Source: Acidobacteriota bacterium
GTDB taxonomy: Bacteria; Acidobacteriota; UBA890; WLXD01
Direction of reading: 5' to 3'
Assembly (NCBI GenBank): GCA_963666215.2
Contig: CAXWPL010000002.1
Location: forward strand, 64,001-128,000
Length of the DNA: 64,000 nucleotides
The first letter of the stretch is position 1; the number at the start of each line of letters is the position of its first letter. Shown here in pieces: positions 49,661-58,924 of this stretch. The notes beneath the pieces were generated by a model. That model was not told the origin of the DNA. It saw only the letters and a list, made by a program, of their open reading frames with translations, and did not search any database. A program made the position numbers and the translations under genes.

Positions 49661-51508
49661 CTAGTGCTCGGAGGGCTCGAGAGAGCTCTCGCGTGCCGCC
49701 TTGAATTCGTTGCCCGGTCTCCACGTCGGCCAGACATCGGTCTGCGCGATGGCGAAGCCCACCTGGAACAGCGCGCGGATGTCCTGCTCGGCGCCCGAGA
49801 AGTCCCACGTCGGATCGAACTCGTCGCTCGGCTGGTGGTAGTTGAGCAGGTTGTACTGCTCACGAACGAGCTCCGAGTAGTTTTCCGGCTGGCCGATAAA
49901 GTGCACGCCGGCGTCGGCGTAGAGGGCGGGCACGCCGACCTTGGCAAACGGGAAGTGGTCGGAGCGGTAGAAGAACCCTTTTTCGGGCTCCGGATCGGGA
50001 GTCAGCGAGCGCCCGTCGGGTTCGATGGCGGCGAGCAGGATGTCGTCGAGCGTCGAGTTGCCAAGGCCCACAACGGTCACGTCCTCGGTGCGACCCCACA
50101 CATTGATGCCGTCGATATTGATCACCGCCAGGGTTTTTTCGAGAGGCACGAGCGGATGTGACGTGTAGTACTGCGCACCCAGAAGCCCCTGCTCTTCGAG
50201 CGTGGTTGCGATGAAGAGATGCGAGCGCCGCGTGCGAGCCTCGAGGGCACCGAACGCCTCCGCGAGCTCGAGAAGCGCGGCCACACCGCTGGCGTTGTCG
50301 AACGCGCCGTTGTAGATGCCGTCCTCACCCGCGTCGGCAAGATCTGTGTCTTCGCCCAGGTGATCCCAGTGCGCCGAATAGACCACGTACTCGTCGTCGA
50401 CCTCGCTTTCCGAGGCCGACCCCAGCTTGCCGACGACGTTGTGCGAGTTGATGCGTCGAATCTGGTTGTCGAGATGGACGGTCGCGGCGAAGCCGAGGGG
50501 CACCGGCGCGAAGTCAGGGCTCGAGGCGCTGGCAACCATATCGGCAAGGTTCATACCTGCCGAGGAGAACAGCTCGGCGGCTGTGCGCTGACTGATCCAG
50601 CCCTCGAACCGTGTCGGCGCCGGCTGGTCGGTGGGTGAGGGCAGGCTGAACTGCTCGCCGGTCCAGGAGGAGCGCACGACCTGCCATCCGTAGCCCGCCG
50701 CTTCGGTCTCGTGGATGATCAGCGCGCCGGCGGCGCCTTGCCGGGCGGCTTCCTCGTACTTGTAGGTCCAGCGACCGTAGTAGGTCATCGCCGCGTCACC
50801 GAACTTGCCGGCAACCGGCGGGTCGTTGACGAGAATCACCACGATGGCGCCACGCACGTCGGTCTTGAAATCGTTCCACGACTCGTTCGACGCGTCGACG
50901 CCGTAGCCGACAAACACGAGCGGTGCGGTGACATCGATGGCCGCTTCTTCATGCAGGCTCCAGACAACGTAGTCTTCGCCGAAGCTCAGCGGTTCGAGCT
51001 CGCCTCGACGCGCCGCCGGGGTCGAGCTCGGCACCTCCATGCGGACGGTCTCCGGATCGAGTGTGATGCCGTTGACCGGAACCCGCTGCAGATACGTGCC
51101 GTCGTCGCCAACCGGATCGAGCCCGAGCCGGCGGTATTCCGCTTCGAGATACTCCAGCGTCACGGGCTCGCCGCGTCCGGCTGGGCCTCGTCCGGCGAAT
51201 TCGTCGCCCGACAGCTCCTGCGTCCGACGGGCGAGGTCGGCGGCGGTGATCGTTGCCTCACCAACGGTTGAGTCGATCGTCACCGCACAGCCGAGCTGAG
51301 GCGCCAACCCGACCGCGATGACCAGTGCCAGGAGGAACAACCTCCACCCGGTAGAGCGGTTCCCGGCCCCGAGCGTGCGGCAGCGACGGATTTGCCCGGG
51401 ATCGGTTGCTGCGCATGGCGTGAAGGCTCGCATCACTGGGGTCATCGAGGTCATCCTCATGAGTGTCGAATTGGGCTGGATGGGGCTAACCGAGAGCTTG
51501 CACCTCAA
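49661..51508 (-). CDS. M28-family metallopeptidase with PA domain (start uncertain)
   Basis: YYGRWTYK, SAHWDHLG, GAFDNASG, EEQGLLG, RSDHFPF, YHQPSD. Confidence 0.92.
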   Translation of the reverse strand: MRCKLSVSPIQPNSTLMRMTSMTPVMRAFTPCAATDPGQIRRCRTLGAGNRSTGWRLFLLALVIAVGLAPQLGCAVTIDSTVGEATITAADLARRTQELSGDEFAGRGPAGRGEPVTLEYLEAEYRRLGLDPVGDDGTYLQRVPVNGITLDPETVRMEVPSSTPAARRGELEPLSFGEDYVVWSLHEEAAIDVTAPLVFVGYGVDASNESWNDFKTDVRGAIVVILVNDPPVAGKFGDAAMTYYGRWTYKYEEAARQGAAGALIIHETEAAGYGWQVVRSSWTGEQFSLPSPTDQPAPTRFEGWISQRTAAELFSSAGMNLADMVASASSPDFAPVPLGFAATVHLDNQIRRINSHNVVGKLGSASESEVDDEYVVYSAHWDHLGEDTDLADAGEDGIYNGAFDNASGVAALLELAEAFGALEARTRRSHLFIATTLEEQGLLGAQYYTSHPLVPLEKTLAVINIDGINVWGRTEDVTVVGLGNSTLDDILLAAIEPDGRSLTPDPEPEKGFFYRSDHFPFAKVGVPALYADAGVHFIGQPENYSELVREQYNLLNYHQPSDEFDPTWDFSGAEQDIRALFQVGFAIAQTDVWPTWRPGNEFKAARESSLEPSEH

Positions 51509-53637
51509 CGGGTCGACCCGTCGAGGCGCAGCGACAGAGTTGCCACCAGGGTGGCTGGTGGTCCGAGCAGCAGCACCGATGTCCGGCCCACCTCAACCCG
51601 CTTGTCGAACAGGTTCTGCGCCTGTACACCCAGCCGCAGCTGGTCGCCCAGGGGCAGATCGAAGCCAAGGTCCACGGTCGCTGCGGCGCGCAGCGGCAAT
51701 TCGTTGCGATCGTCCTCGAACTGCTCGCCCGTTACATGCACCGCCGCCAGCACGTTCCAGCCAGCGGGCGCCACGTAGCTGCTCGAGATTGTGGTGCGGT
51801 AGGTCGGTACCTGTGGCAACCGGTTGCCGACCACGCTGACCGGCGTGCCGGGCGGGTCGATATCGATCTTCGAGTCGAAACGTGCGTAGGCGGCGTCGAA
51901 GCGCCAACGAGACCCGAAGGCGAGTTGTCCCGACAGCTCCAGCCCGCGTACCGTTGCCGCCCCGGCGTTCTGTCGCTGCCGCAAGATGAGGCCGTTACCC
52001 TCGCCGACGGTGGCGTTGAGGACCGCACCTTCGAGGTCATTGATGTAGGCGGTTCCCTGGACGCGCCAACGGGTGGAGCCGTCGATGCCGCCACCGTCGA
52101 CGCGCAGCCCGGCCTCGACCCCCGAGAGCTCTTCTGCGGTCAACTCCGGGTTCGCCGCAGTCGACACGTTGCCGACTCGGAAGCCCCGGTACAGCTCGTT
52201 GAGCGTCGGCGCTCGGAAGGCGCGGTAGGCCGAGGCGTGCAGGGCGAGATCCGGGCCGGCCTGCCAAACGAGACCCGCACGCGGCGACAGCGTGCTGGCG
52301 CTGCGGTTCGAATCGGCAGCCGAGAGCGGTCGGTTCTGCCAGCCGTCGGCACGCAGCGACAGGTCGAGGGCTACGGACGGCCCCAGATTGGTGTGCCCGC
52401 TGGCGTAGACACCGCCCAGATTCTGCACCCCACCGAGCGATCGCATGAGGTTGATCGCGAGCACGGTCTCGTCGCTCCGGCCTCGCACGTGGCGCCAGTC
52501 GCCGCCGGCCGCCAGGCTCGCGGTGCCAGCTACGAGCTTCCAGACGCTCGCCGAAAGTCCGATTTCGGTCGATGGCACATGCTGCGCCAGCACCGGGAAT
52601 TCGCCGGAGCGGCTGCTGTTGACCGCAGAGAAGCGACTGCGGAATCGCTGCACGCGAGCCGAGCTCGCCAGGCGCCAACCCTGTGTGCCGGGAGCGTTCT
52701 CACCGCTCCAACGGAGCGAGGCCCCGAGCCCCCTCGTGCCATTGGTCTGTTCGGGAGTGCCGTTCTCGCGGTCCTCGTGGTAGGCGTCGACATCGGCGGT
52801 CAGACCGCGGGCGATATCCACGCGCAAACGTCCGGCTTGGTACAGCGACGCCACTCGTCGGTCTACGGCGCCGCGCTCGCTTTCGCCCACCGCGTGGTAC
52901 CCGCCGGTGCCGAAGGTCTCGAGAGAGCCGAGGAATCCAGTGCCCGGTCGGCCGAACGCGTGTCCAAAGGTCAGCGCCGCCGAGTAGGTCGAGCTACTGC
53001 CCCCGCCGACCATCGCGCGCAGATCGCTGCTGGCCGCCGGCGCCCGCCGGGTAACCAGTTGCACCACGCCGCCAAGCGCCTGGCTGCCGAAGGGCGCCGA
53101 TCCGCCGCCAAGGACGATCTCGACCGCTTGCAGAGCCAGCCTCGGGACGCGATTCCAGTACACCCACCCACCGAACGGATCGGTGAGGGGGACGCCATCC
53201 ACCATCACCAGGGCTCGACTCGTGCCACTCGGGGAGAGGCCCCTCAGGTTCAGACCCTGGGTCGTGGGATGCGCGGCTCTCCCGGGGGTTCTGCGCAGCA
53301 GACTGGCTTGCGGCGTCCAGCGGAGCGCCTCGTCGAGTCCGAGCGCCGGCCGTCGCCGCAACTCGTCGCCGTCGATCACGATCGCCACCGCCGGAATCTC
53401 GCTGAGCCGCAGCGGCAGGCGGGTAGCCGTGACCGTGATCACGACCTCGCTGCGAGCTTGGGGCTCGTCTGCAGCTTTCTCCTGCGCCTGGCCAGCCGGA
53501 TGGGTCGGGCTCGTCGCGCCGGCCTTTGCTGTTGTTTCGAACTGTTGCCAGGCCGCAAGTGACGCCGGTTGAAGCAGCGGCACGGCCGCGGCGAGTGTGC
53601 CGATCAGGAGGCTTCGAGGGGTCACCGTTTGCAACAT
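51505..53637 (-). CDS. TonB-dependent receptor
   Basis: Signal peptide, VVITVTATR TonB box, plug NLRGL..VMVDGVP, FRAPTLNELY, QNLFD. Confidence 0.92.
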   Translation of the reverse strand: MLQTVTPRSLLIGTLAAAVPLLQPASLAAWQQFETTAKAGATSPTHPAGQAQEKAADEPQARSEVVITVTATRLPLRLSEIPAVAIVIDGDELRRRPALGLDEALRWTPQASLLRRTPGRAAHPTTQGLNLRGLSPSGTSRALVMVDGVPLTDPFGGWVYWNRVPRLALQAVEIVLGGGSAPFGSQALGGVVQLVTRRAPAASSDLRAMVGGGSSSTYSAALTFGHAFGRPGTGFLGSLETFGTGGYHAVGESERGAVDRRVASLYQAGRLRVDIARGLTADVDAYHEDRENGTPEQTNGTRGLGASLRWSGENAPGTQGWRLASSARVQRFRSRFSAVNSSRSGEFPVLAQHVPSTEIGLSASVWKLVAGTASLAAGGDWRHVRGRSDETVLAINLMRSLGGVQNLGGVYASGHTNLGPSVALDLSLRADGWQNRPLSAADSNRSASTLSPRAGLVWQAGPDLALHASAYRAFRAPTLNELYRGFRVGNVSTAANPELTAEELSGVEAGLRVDGGGIDGSTRWRVQGTAYINDLEGAVLNATVGEGNGLILRQRQNAGAATVRGLELSGQLAFGSRWRFDAAYARFDSKIDIDPPGTPVSVVGNRLPQVPTYRTTISSSYVAPAGWNVLAAVHVTGEQFEDDRNELPLRAAATVDLGFDLPLGDQLRLGVQAQNLFDKRVEVGRTSVLLLGPPATLVATLSLRLDGSTR

Positions 53638-53671
53638 CGACAGGAAGGCTCGGTAGGGGATTGCCGTGGAA

Positions 53672-54679
53672 TCAGGCGAGCAGCCTCGCCAATAACGGTA
53701 GGTCGACGTTGCCACCCGAGAGGACAACAACCACTCGCGCGCCGGCTTCAAGCTCGAGGCGGTGGCTGAGAAGCGCCGCCAGCGCCGCGGCGCCGGCGGG
53801 CTCGACGAGCATTTTCGTTCGTTCGAGCAGCAATTTCATCGCCGCCACGATCTCGTTGTCTTCTACCAGCACGACCTTCTCGACATGAGCCTGCGCGATC
53901 GCCAGGTTCAACTCCCCCACAAAGGGCGGAGCCAGGCCGTCGGCGATCGTGTCGGTCGTGTCGAGGCGCACCGGTTCACCCTTCTCGAGAGCCCTCGTCA
54001 TCGTGGGCGCGCCGCTCGGCTCCACGCCGTAGACGGTGGTGGAAGTGTCGGCGAAAGTTGTCGCGACGCCGCCAATCATGCCGCCACCACCAACCCCACA
54101 AACCACCGCGTTGATCTCCGGCAGATCGTTCGCGGTCTCGAGTGCCAGGGTTCCGTGGCCGGCGATCAGGTAGCGATCGTCGAAGGGGTGGATGAGCGTC
54201 AGCCCGCGCGTGCGGGCGAGCTCGGCGGCGGTGGCGAACGCCGCGCCGGTGTCGTCTTCGAGCACGACCTCGGCGCCGTAGTCGCGGGTAGCCGCGACCT
54301 TTGTCGTCGAGGCTGTCTTCGGCATCGTGATCACAGCGGGGATTCCGGCAACTCTCGCGGCGAAGGCGATACCCTGCGCGTTGTTGCCGGCGGAGATCGT
54401 GATGACACCGCGCGCCCTGGCTTCGTCGCTGAGTGTGGCCACACGGTTGATGCCGCCGCGGGGCTTGAACGAGCCGGTTTTTTGGAAGAGCTCGCACTTG
54501 AGGTGGAGATCGAGGCCAGTGAGCTTCGAGAGCGTTTCGGAACGCCACAGAGGAGTGCGGTGAAGCTTGCCCGCGATACGGCCGGCGGCATCGCGAACCT
54601 CACCCAGGGTCGGTAGAGCCGGCAGGGATGCGGGCGGCTCGCCAGGCGAAGTCTCGGACTGTGCGTCAGGCGTGCTCAT
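53672..54679 (-). CDS. PLP-dependent serine/threonine dehydratase (catalytic domain only)
   Basis: KCELFQKTGSFKPRG, SAGNNAQG, GVGGGG, TIADGL, EPAGA, SGGN. Confidence 0.92.
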   Translation of the reverse strand: MSTPDAQSETSPGEPPASLPALPTLGEVRDAAGRIAGKLHRTPLWRSETLSKLTGLDLHLKCELFQKTGSFKPRGGINRVATLSDEARARGVITISAGNNAQGIAFAARVAGIPAVITMPKTASTTKVAATRDYGAEVVLEDDTGAAFATAAELARTRGLTLIHPFDDRYLIAGHGTLALETANDLPEINAVVCGVGGGGMIGGVATTFADTSTTVYGVEPSGAPTMTRALEKGEPVRLDTTDTIADGLAPPFVGELNLAIAQAHVEKVVLVEDNEIVAAMKLLLERTKMLVEPAGAAALAALLSHRLELEAGARVVVVLSGGNVDLPLLARLLA

Positions 54680-54965
54680 GGCGGAGAGACTAGCAGGCCG
54701 ATCGATTTCTTCGCCCCGATCTCAGGTCATGACTGTCGCAGTGGTGCGGCAGCGTTGGCCGGATCCCGTGACAGCGAGAACCGCCGTATACTCCGAGGCG
54801 CTCCCACGCGCCCGGCGTGCGTCGGAGCCGCCCGCCAGCGGTCGAGACCGAGAGTGTCCGACGGCTGCCGACGGGTACGGCGTGGATCGTTAACTTATTT
54901 CCTCGAGTCCGCCTGGTCGGTCTCGTTCGGTTGGATTCGTTGGGCCGAGTCCATGGTCAGAATCC

Positions 54966-55607
54966 ATGGAGCCGAGCTCACCTGTACAAGCGGAGGCATC
55001 GATGCTGAGCGATCTCCTGGCCACGCTCGGACGCGGCTTCTTCGATCAGCTGACATACTGGCGGCATACCTACTCGCCGCTCAGTCCATGGCGGGCCCGC
55101 TGCGCCGCAACGAGCGAACAGCTCACGGCCGAGGCTGCGAAGTATGGCGCGCGCTCACGGCTCGACCCGCGGCGCGTATACCAGCTGGCGCGAGGCCTGG
55201 TACTGAGCCGGCGTGGCGAGGCTCTTGTTAATCTGGTGCCCGACGCCTACCTGGTTTTTTCGCCACCGTCGGCCGCGACTTTCCACAACGGGAAGCGCAG
55301 CTACGCGGCTCCGGCCGATCGCCGCATTGCCTTTCTGCAGCACCCGCAGACGCTCGCCTACGCCCTCACGCCGCCGAAGCTGTCGCGTCTAGGCGTGGGA
55401 GCGTCGCCGACCGGTGGACTCGTGGTCGTTGGCGCGGGAGAGAGCGTTAATACCGAGACGGTCGTCGCGCGGCTGCAGAAGCTGGTGGACGGCAAGGCGT
55501 CCGACGCCGACCTGCGCGCCTACGCCGAGGTGCTCGTTCGTCTCGACGCAGGGATCCCGGTGGCCGAGCCGGCCGCCGGACCCGAACCGGAAGCCGCGGC
55601 AGCCTGA
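54966..55607 (+). CDS. Hypothetical protein (start 54966 or about 55002)
   Basis: GGAGG before the second ATG; coding-like codon bias; no family recognised. Confidence 0.7.
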   Translation: MEPSSPVQAEASMLSDLLATLGRGFFDQLTYWRHTYSPLSPWRARCAATSEQLTAEAAKYGARSRLDPRRVYQLARGLVLSRRGEALVNLVPDAYLVFSPPSAATFHNGKRSYAAPADRRIAFLQHPQTLAYALTPPKLSRLGVGASPTGGLVVVGAGESVNTETVVARLQKLVDGKASDADLRAYAEVLVRLDAGIPVAEPAAGPEPEAAAA

Positions 55608-55657
55608 GCCGCTGGCGCCGACCATTTGCGTTGGTTCGATTCACATCGATGGGTACA

Positions 55658-55702
55658 AAGAAAAGCGGCCCCGTGCGCTGTGCACGCGGGGGCCGCTCTT
55701 TC
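55658..55702. terminator. Intrinsic, probably bidirectional terminator
   Basis: AAGAAAAGCGGCCCC...GGGGCCGCTCTTTC stem with A and T tails between convergent genes. Confidence 0.75.
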
Positions 55703-55729
55703 CTACGCCTGAAACCGCGATCGACTCGA

Positions 55730-56530
55730 CTACATCGTCGGCTTCTGGAACTTCAGCACGTAGCGGTCGGCCTTGTGGCGGCCGGTCTCGAAGCCGTTCG
55801 TGGAGTGATCGTCGTCCGGATTCGCCAGCAGGTCGGAGCGCCCGACGAGCTCGAACCCACCGGCGGTGAACTCCTCGACCACGACCGACTCGTTAAGCCG
55901 GTGGGTATCGGTGTCCCAGCCCTCGCGGTCGGTGGCGACGTCGACGATGCCGACAATGCCGCCGGGCTTCAGCATGCGCAGCATCTGCGCCACCGCCGCC
56001 TCGCGCCCGCCGCCAAGATCTGCGGCGTCGTGGTAGTTGCGCACCGAGATCGCCACGTCAACGACACCATCGGGGACGTCCTCGAGGTTCATCGACAGCT
56101 CAACGTTGTTGAGCATCGCGCTCTCGATGCGCTCGGTGAGGGGCTCGAGGGTGGCGAATTGCCCCTCGCTGTAGAAGCCCATAACGCCGTACACCTTGCC
56201 GCTGTCGCCCGTCAGGCGCGATAGCAGGTGGGTGTTGTAGCCACCACCTGGCCAGATGTCCGCAACCGTCTGACCCGCCTGGATGCCGAAGAACTCATGC
56301 ACCTCGAGGGCCTTGCGGAATTCGTCCTCCGCGACCTCGTCCTCGGGGCGCGTTTCATCACCCAGAATCGAGTTGTCGAGTGGCATCGGTTCCGGCGCCG
56401 CCTCATCAACCGGCTCGGGCTCGGGCGTGGGTTCTTCGGTGGCGCCACAGGCCGCTACCGCGAGGCCCAGCGTGGCGAGCATGAGCAGCACCGCGAAGCG
56501 TGTGCTGCGAAGCTGTCGAATGGAGTTCAT
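55730..56530 (-). CDS. Lipoprotein with predicted class I methyltransferase fold (COG4798-like), paralog 1
   Basis: Lipobox VAAC; FFGIQAGQTVADIWPGGGYNT, VRNYHD, LKPGG, HRLNE, LLANPDD. Confidence 0.85.
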   Translation of the reverse strand: MNSIRQLRSTRFAVLLMLATLGLAVAACGATEEPTPEPEPVDEAAPEPMPLDNSILGDETRPEDEVAEDEFRKALEVHEFFGIQAGQTVADIWPGGGYNTHLLSRLTGDSGKVYGVMGFYSEGQFATLEPLTERIESAMLNNVELSMNLEDVPDGVVDVAISVRNYHDAADLGGGREAAVAQMLRMLKPGGIVGIVDVATDREGWDTDTHRLNESVVVEEFTAGGFELVGRSDLLANPDDDHSTNGFETGRHKADRYVLKFQKPTM

Positions 56531-56672
56531 GATCACTGTGACTCCTACTTGCTTGCGGGGATAAGGGGCGGCGGTCCTCAGGGGCCGCCACCTCGACGTC
56601 CCAGCTGTTCCGGGTCGTTGAACAGCTAGATCGTTGCCGCCGAAGCGGCGCTCCGAGCGAACGCGAGTCCTG

Positions 56673-57476
56673 CTAGTGAGCCGCTGGCTTGCTGTACTTT
56701 TGCACGAAGCGTTGCACGTAATAGCGATGGATCGGCGCGTCCTCGGTGGAGTCGCCGCGGCCGGCTCGCTCACGACCATCGAAGTCGAACGTGTCGTCGG
56801 CGTTGTGCAGCACGTCGGAAGCCGCCACGAACTCGAAGCCACCGGCCGTGATCTCCGCCTTGGCCAGCTCGTCGTTGATGCGATGCACGCTCTCGTCGCG
56901 CTCGTCGGGCTTGTTGGTGTACGCGTCGATCACGCCGAGCGTGCTGCCGGGCTTGAGCACCCGCAACAGCGCCGGGACGGCGGCACGCCGCTCATCGGCC
57001 GTTCCGAGGTCGTGGTAGTTGCGGACGGTAAGCAGGACGTCAAGGCTGTCGTCGGGGATGTCCGCCAGCGAGTCAACGATCTCGAGGTTCTCGAATCCGG
57101 CCGCGCCGGCGGGGCCCTCGGCGAAGCGCTGCCGGCTCCTCTCCATGCGGTCGGGCTCACCAGCTTCGAACGTCAGAATCGCCAGGACGCGACCGCTATT
57201 ACCCACCACACCCGCCAGGATGTGGGCGTTGTAGCCACGCGAGGTCATCAGGTCGCCGACCGTGGCGCCTTCGCCAATGCCCAAGAAGCCGTAGACCTCG
57301 AGCGGCTTGAAGCCGGCGTCGCGGTAGTGGTCGTCCTCGGTGCGACCCTTGGCGTCGAGGATGCTCGCGTCGAGCATCGTTGACATCTGCGTCGGCTCGG
57401 CGGCCGGCGCAGGCTCCTCGACGACTGGAGCGGCTTCTTCAGCGGCGCAGCCAGCCAACAGGAGGGCCACCGCCAC
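56673..57476 (-). CDS. Lipoprotein with predicted class I methyltransferase fold, paralog 2 (start unresolved)
   Basis: Lipobox LAGC; KPLEVYGFLGI, VRNYHD, LKPGS, HRIND, VLHNADD. Confidence 0.85.
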   Translation of the reverse strand: MAVALLLAGCAAEEAAPVVEEPAPAAEPTQMSTMLDASILDAKGRTEDDHYRDAGFKPLEVYGFLGIGEGATVGDLMTSRGYNAHILAGVVGNSGRVLAILTFEAGEPDRMERSRQRFAEGPAGAAGFENLEIVDSLADIPDDSLDVLLTVRNYHDLGTADERRAAVPALLRVLKPGSTLGVIDAYTNKPDERDESVHRINDELAKAEITAGGFEFVAASDVLHNADDTFDFDGRERAGRGDSTEDAPIHRYYVQRFVQKYSKPAAH

Positions 57477-57554
57477 GACGGCGAACAGCCCCGATAGCGG
57501 TACTAGCTGGATCTCGGTGGCGGTACGGCGACGTTCGAAGCCCCTCGGAGGACC

Positions 57555-58802
57555 TCAGCGAGGGTCGACAAACAGGTCGGGCCACATGTCGTTGCCGGTG
57601 TAGTGGGTCACGCGGACGGCATTCTTCCAGGGGGTGCCAACGCGCCACACGAAGATCTCGTAGTCGGCGTGGTCGTGCTCGTGACCCTCGGCTGCGGCGG
57701 CCCAGACGAGCCAGTCAGCGTTGTTCCCGAGCCGTGGGAAGTACTCGTGGCTGTAGTCGCCGGGCAGGTCGACGAAGATCTCCGAACCGCCGGTGGCGAG
57801 CTCGGTTCTCATGATGCGGGTGCCGCCGCGTCCCTCCGCCTGCACCCACAGCACCGTGCCCGCATCCGGTCCCCAGCTGACCTGGCAGGAGCTCGGCGAG
57901 CCGAGCCCGAGATCGACGGCCGCGACAGTGCCTCGGGCGGGAGGAGGCGGCGCGCTATCGGCGCGCTGCCGACGGCGCGACTCTCGACGGCCATCAACGC
58001 CCGAATCCCGATCAAGAAATCCGACGACGGCGGGGCTCGCCGGGTCGGAGAGGCTGTAGACACGCGTACCGCCGCCGTCCAAAGAGACGCCGAACCGTCG
58101 GCCGTCTGGCGCTGGATGGACGTCTCCCTGACGCACCGCGGGGAAGCCCTCCGGCGGCTCGAATAGCTGGCTCTCGACGCCGCTGGCGACGTCGACCCGG
58201 AAAATCCGCAGGTTGCGCGAGAAGACGATCGATCGGCCATCGGGCGCCCACGCGGGCCGAAAGGCGCGCTCGGCGAGCCTGCGCGGCTGCGGCATCGTTT
58301 CGGCGCTGGCGGTCGCTCCAGCCGCGGCAAGCTCGACGATGTACAGGTCCCAGCCTCTGTGGTCGCGCCCCGAGACATACTCCTCGCGGCTGCGCTGAAA
58401 CAGGATGCGGCTGCCGTCGGGTGAGAAGCGCGGGAAGAAGTCGACGTGTGGGTGGTCGGTGAGGCGCCGACGCTCGAGGCCAGGGAGCTCGAGCATCCAG
58501 ATCTCGTGGTTGCCGCTGCGGTTCGACGACCACACGAGCCGCCCCGAGAGTCGTCGGCCGAGTCGCGCGAGCGCGCGCTCGGCGCTCGGCTCGAGCTGAC
58601 TTTCGTCGCCAACGGCGGGCGGCACCCAGCGCGCCAGAACGCGCTCGCTCAGATGTTCGAGGGACGACCAACTCTCGGTGTTGCGAACCCCGATGGCCGA
58701 GGCAAGACCGAGGAGCACCACGAAGCCCACCAGTACGAGCGGCAGTCGGGCGCGGCGCAACGGCGATCGTTCAGCGCTGTCTATGGCCGTGCCTTCGCTC
58801 AA
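57555..58802 (-). CDS. TolB-like PD40 beta-propeller protein with N-terminal TM
   Basis: WSSNRSGNHEIW, PRFSPDG, PAWAPDG, HEYFP, NDMWPD. Confidence 0.85.
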   Translation of the reverse strand: MSEGTAIDSAERSPLRRARLPLVLVGFVVLLGLASAIGVRNTESWSSLEHLSERVLARWVPPAVGDESQLEPSAERALARLGRRLSGRLVWSSNRSGNHEIWMLELPGLERRRLTDHPHVDFFPRFSPDGSRILFQRSREEYVSGRDHRGWDLYIVELAAAGATASAETMPQPRRLAERAFRPAWAPDGRSIVFSRNLRIFRVDVASGVESQLFEPPEGFPAVRQGDVHPAPDGRRFGVSLDGGGTRVYSLSDPASPAVVGFLDRDSGVDGRRESRRRQRADSAPPPPARGTVAAVDLGLGSPSSCQVSWGPDAGTVLWVQAEGRGGTRIMRTELATGGSEIFVDLPGDYSHEYFPRLGNNADWLVWAAAAEGHEHDHADYEIFVWRVGTPWKNAVRVTHYTGNDMWPDLFVDPR

Positions 58803-58924
58803 CCCAGGTTCCTCCCGGCGCGGATTCTGATTCGGATTCGAATCGCGAGGCCTTGCCGACGCTCCTGAGACGCCGGCGATCGTGATCGCGCCGATCCCGC
58901 CGTCCGCGAGCGGCGGCTCTGCGA

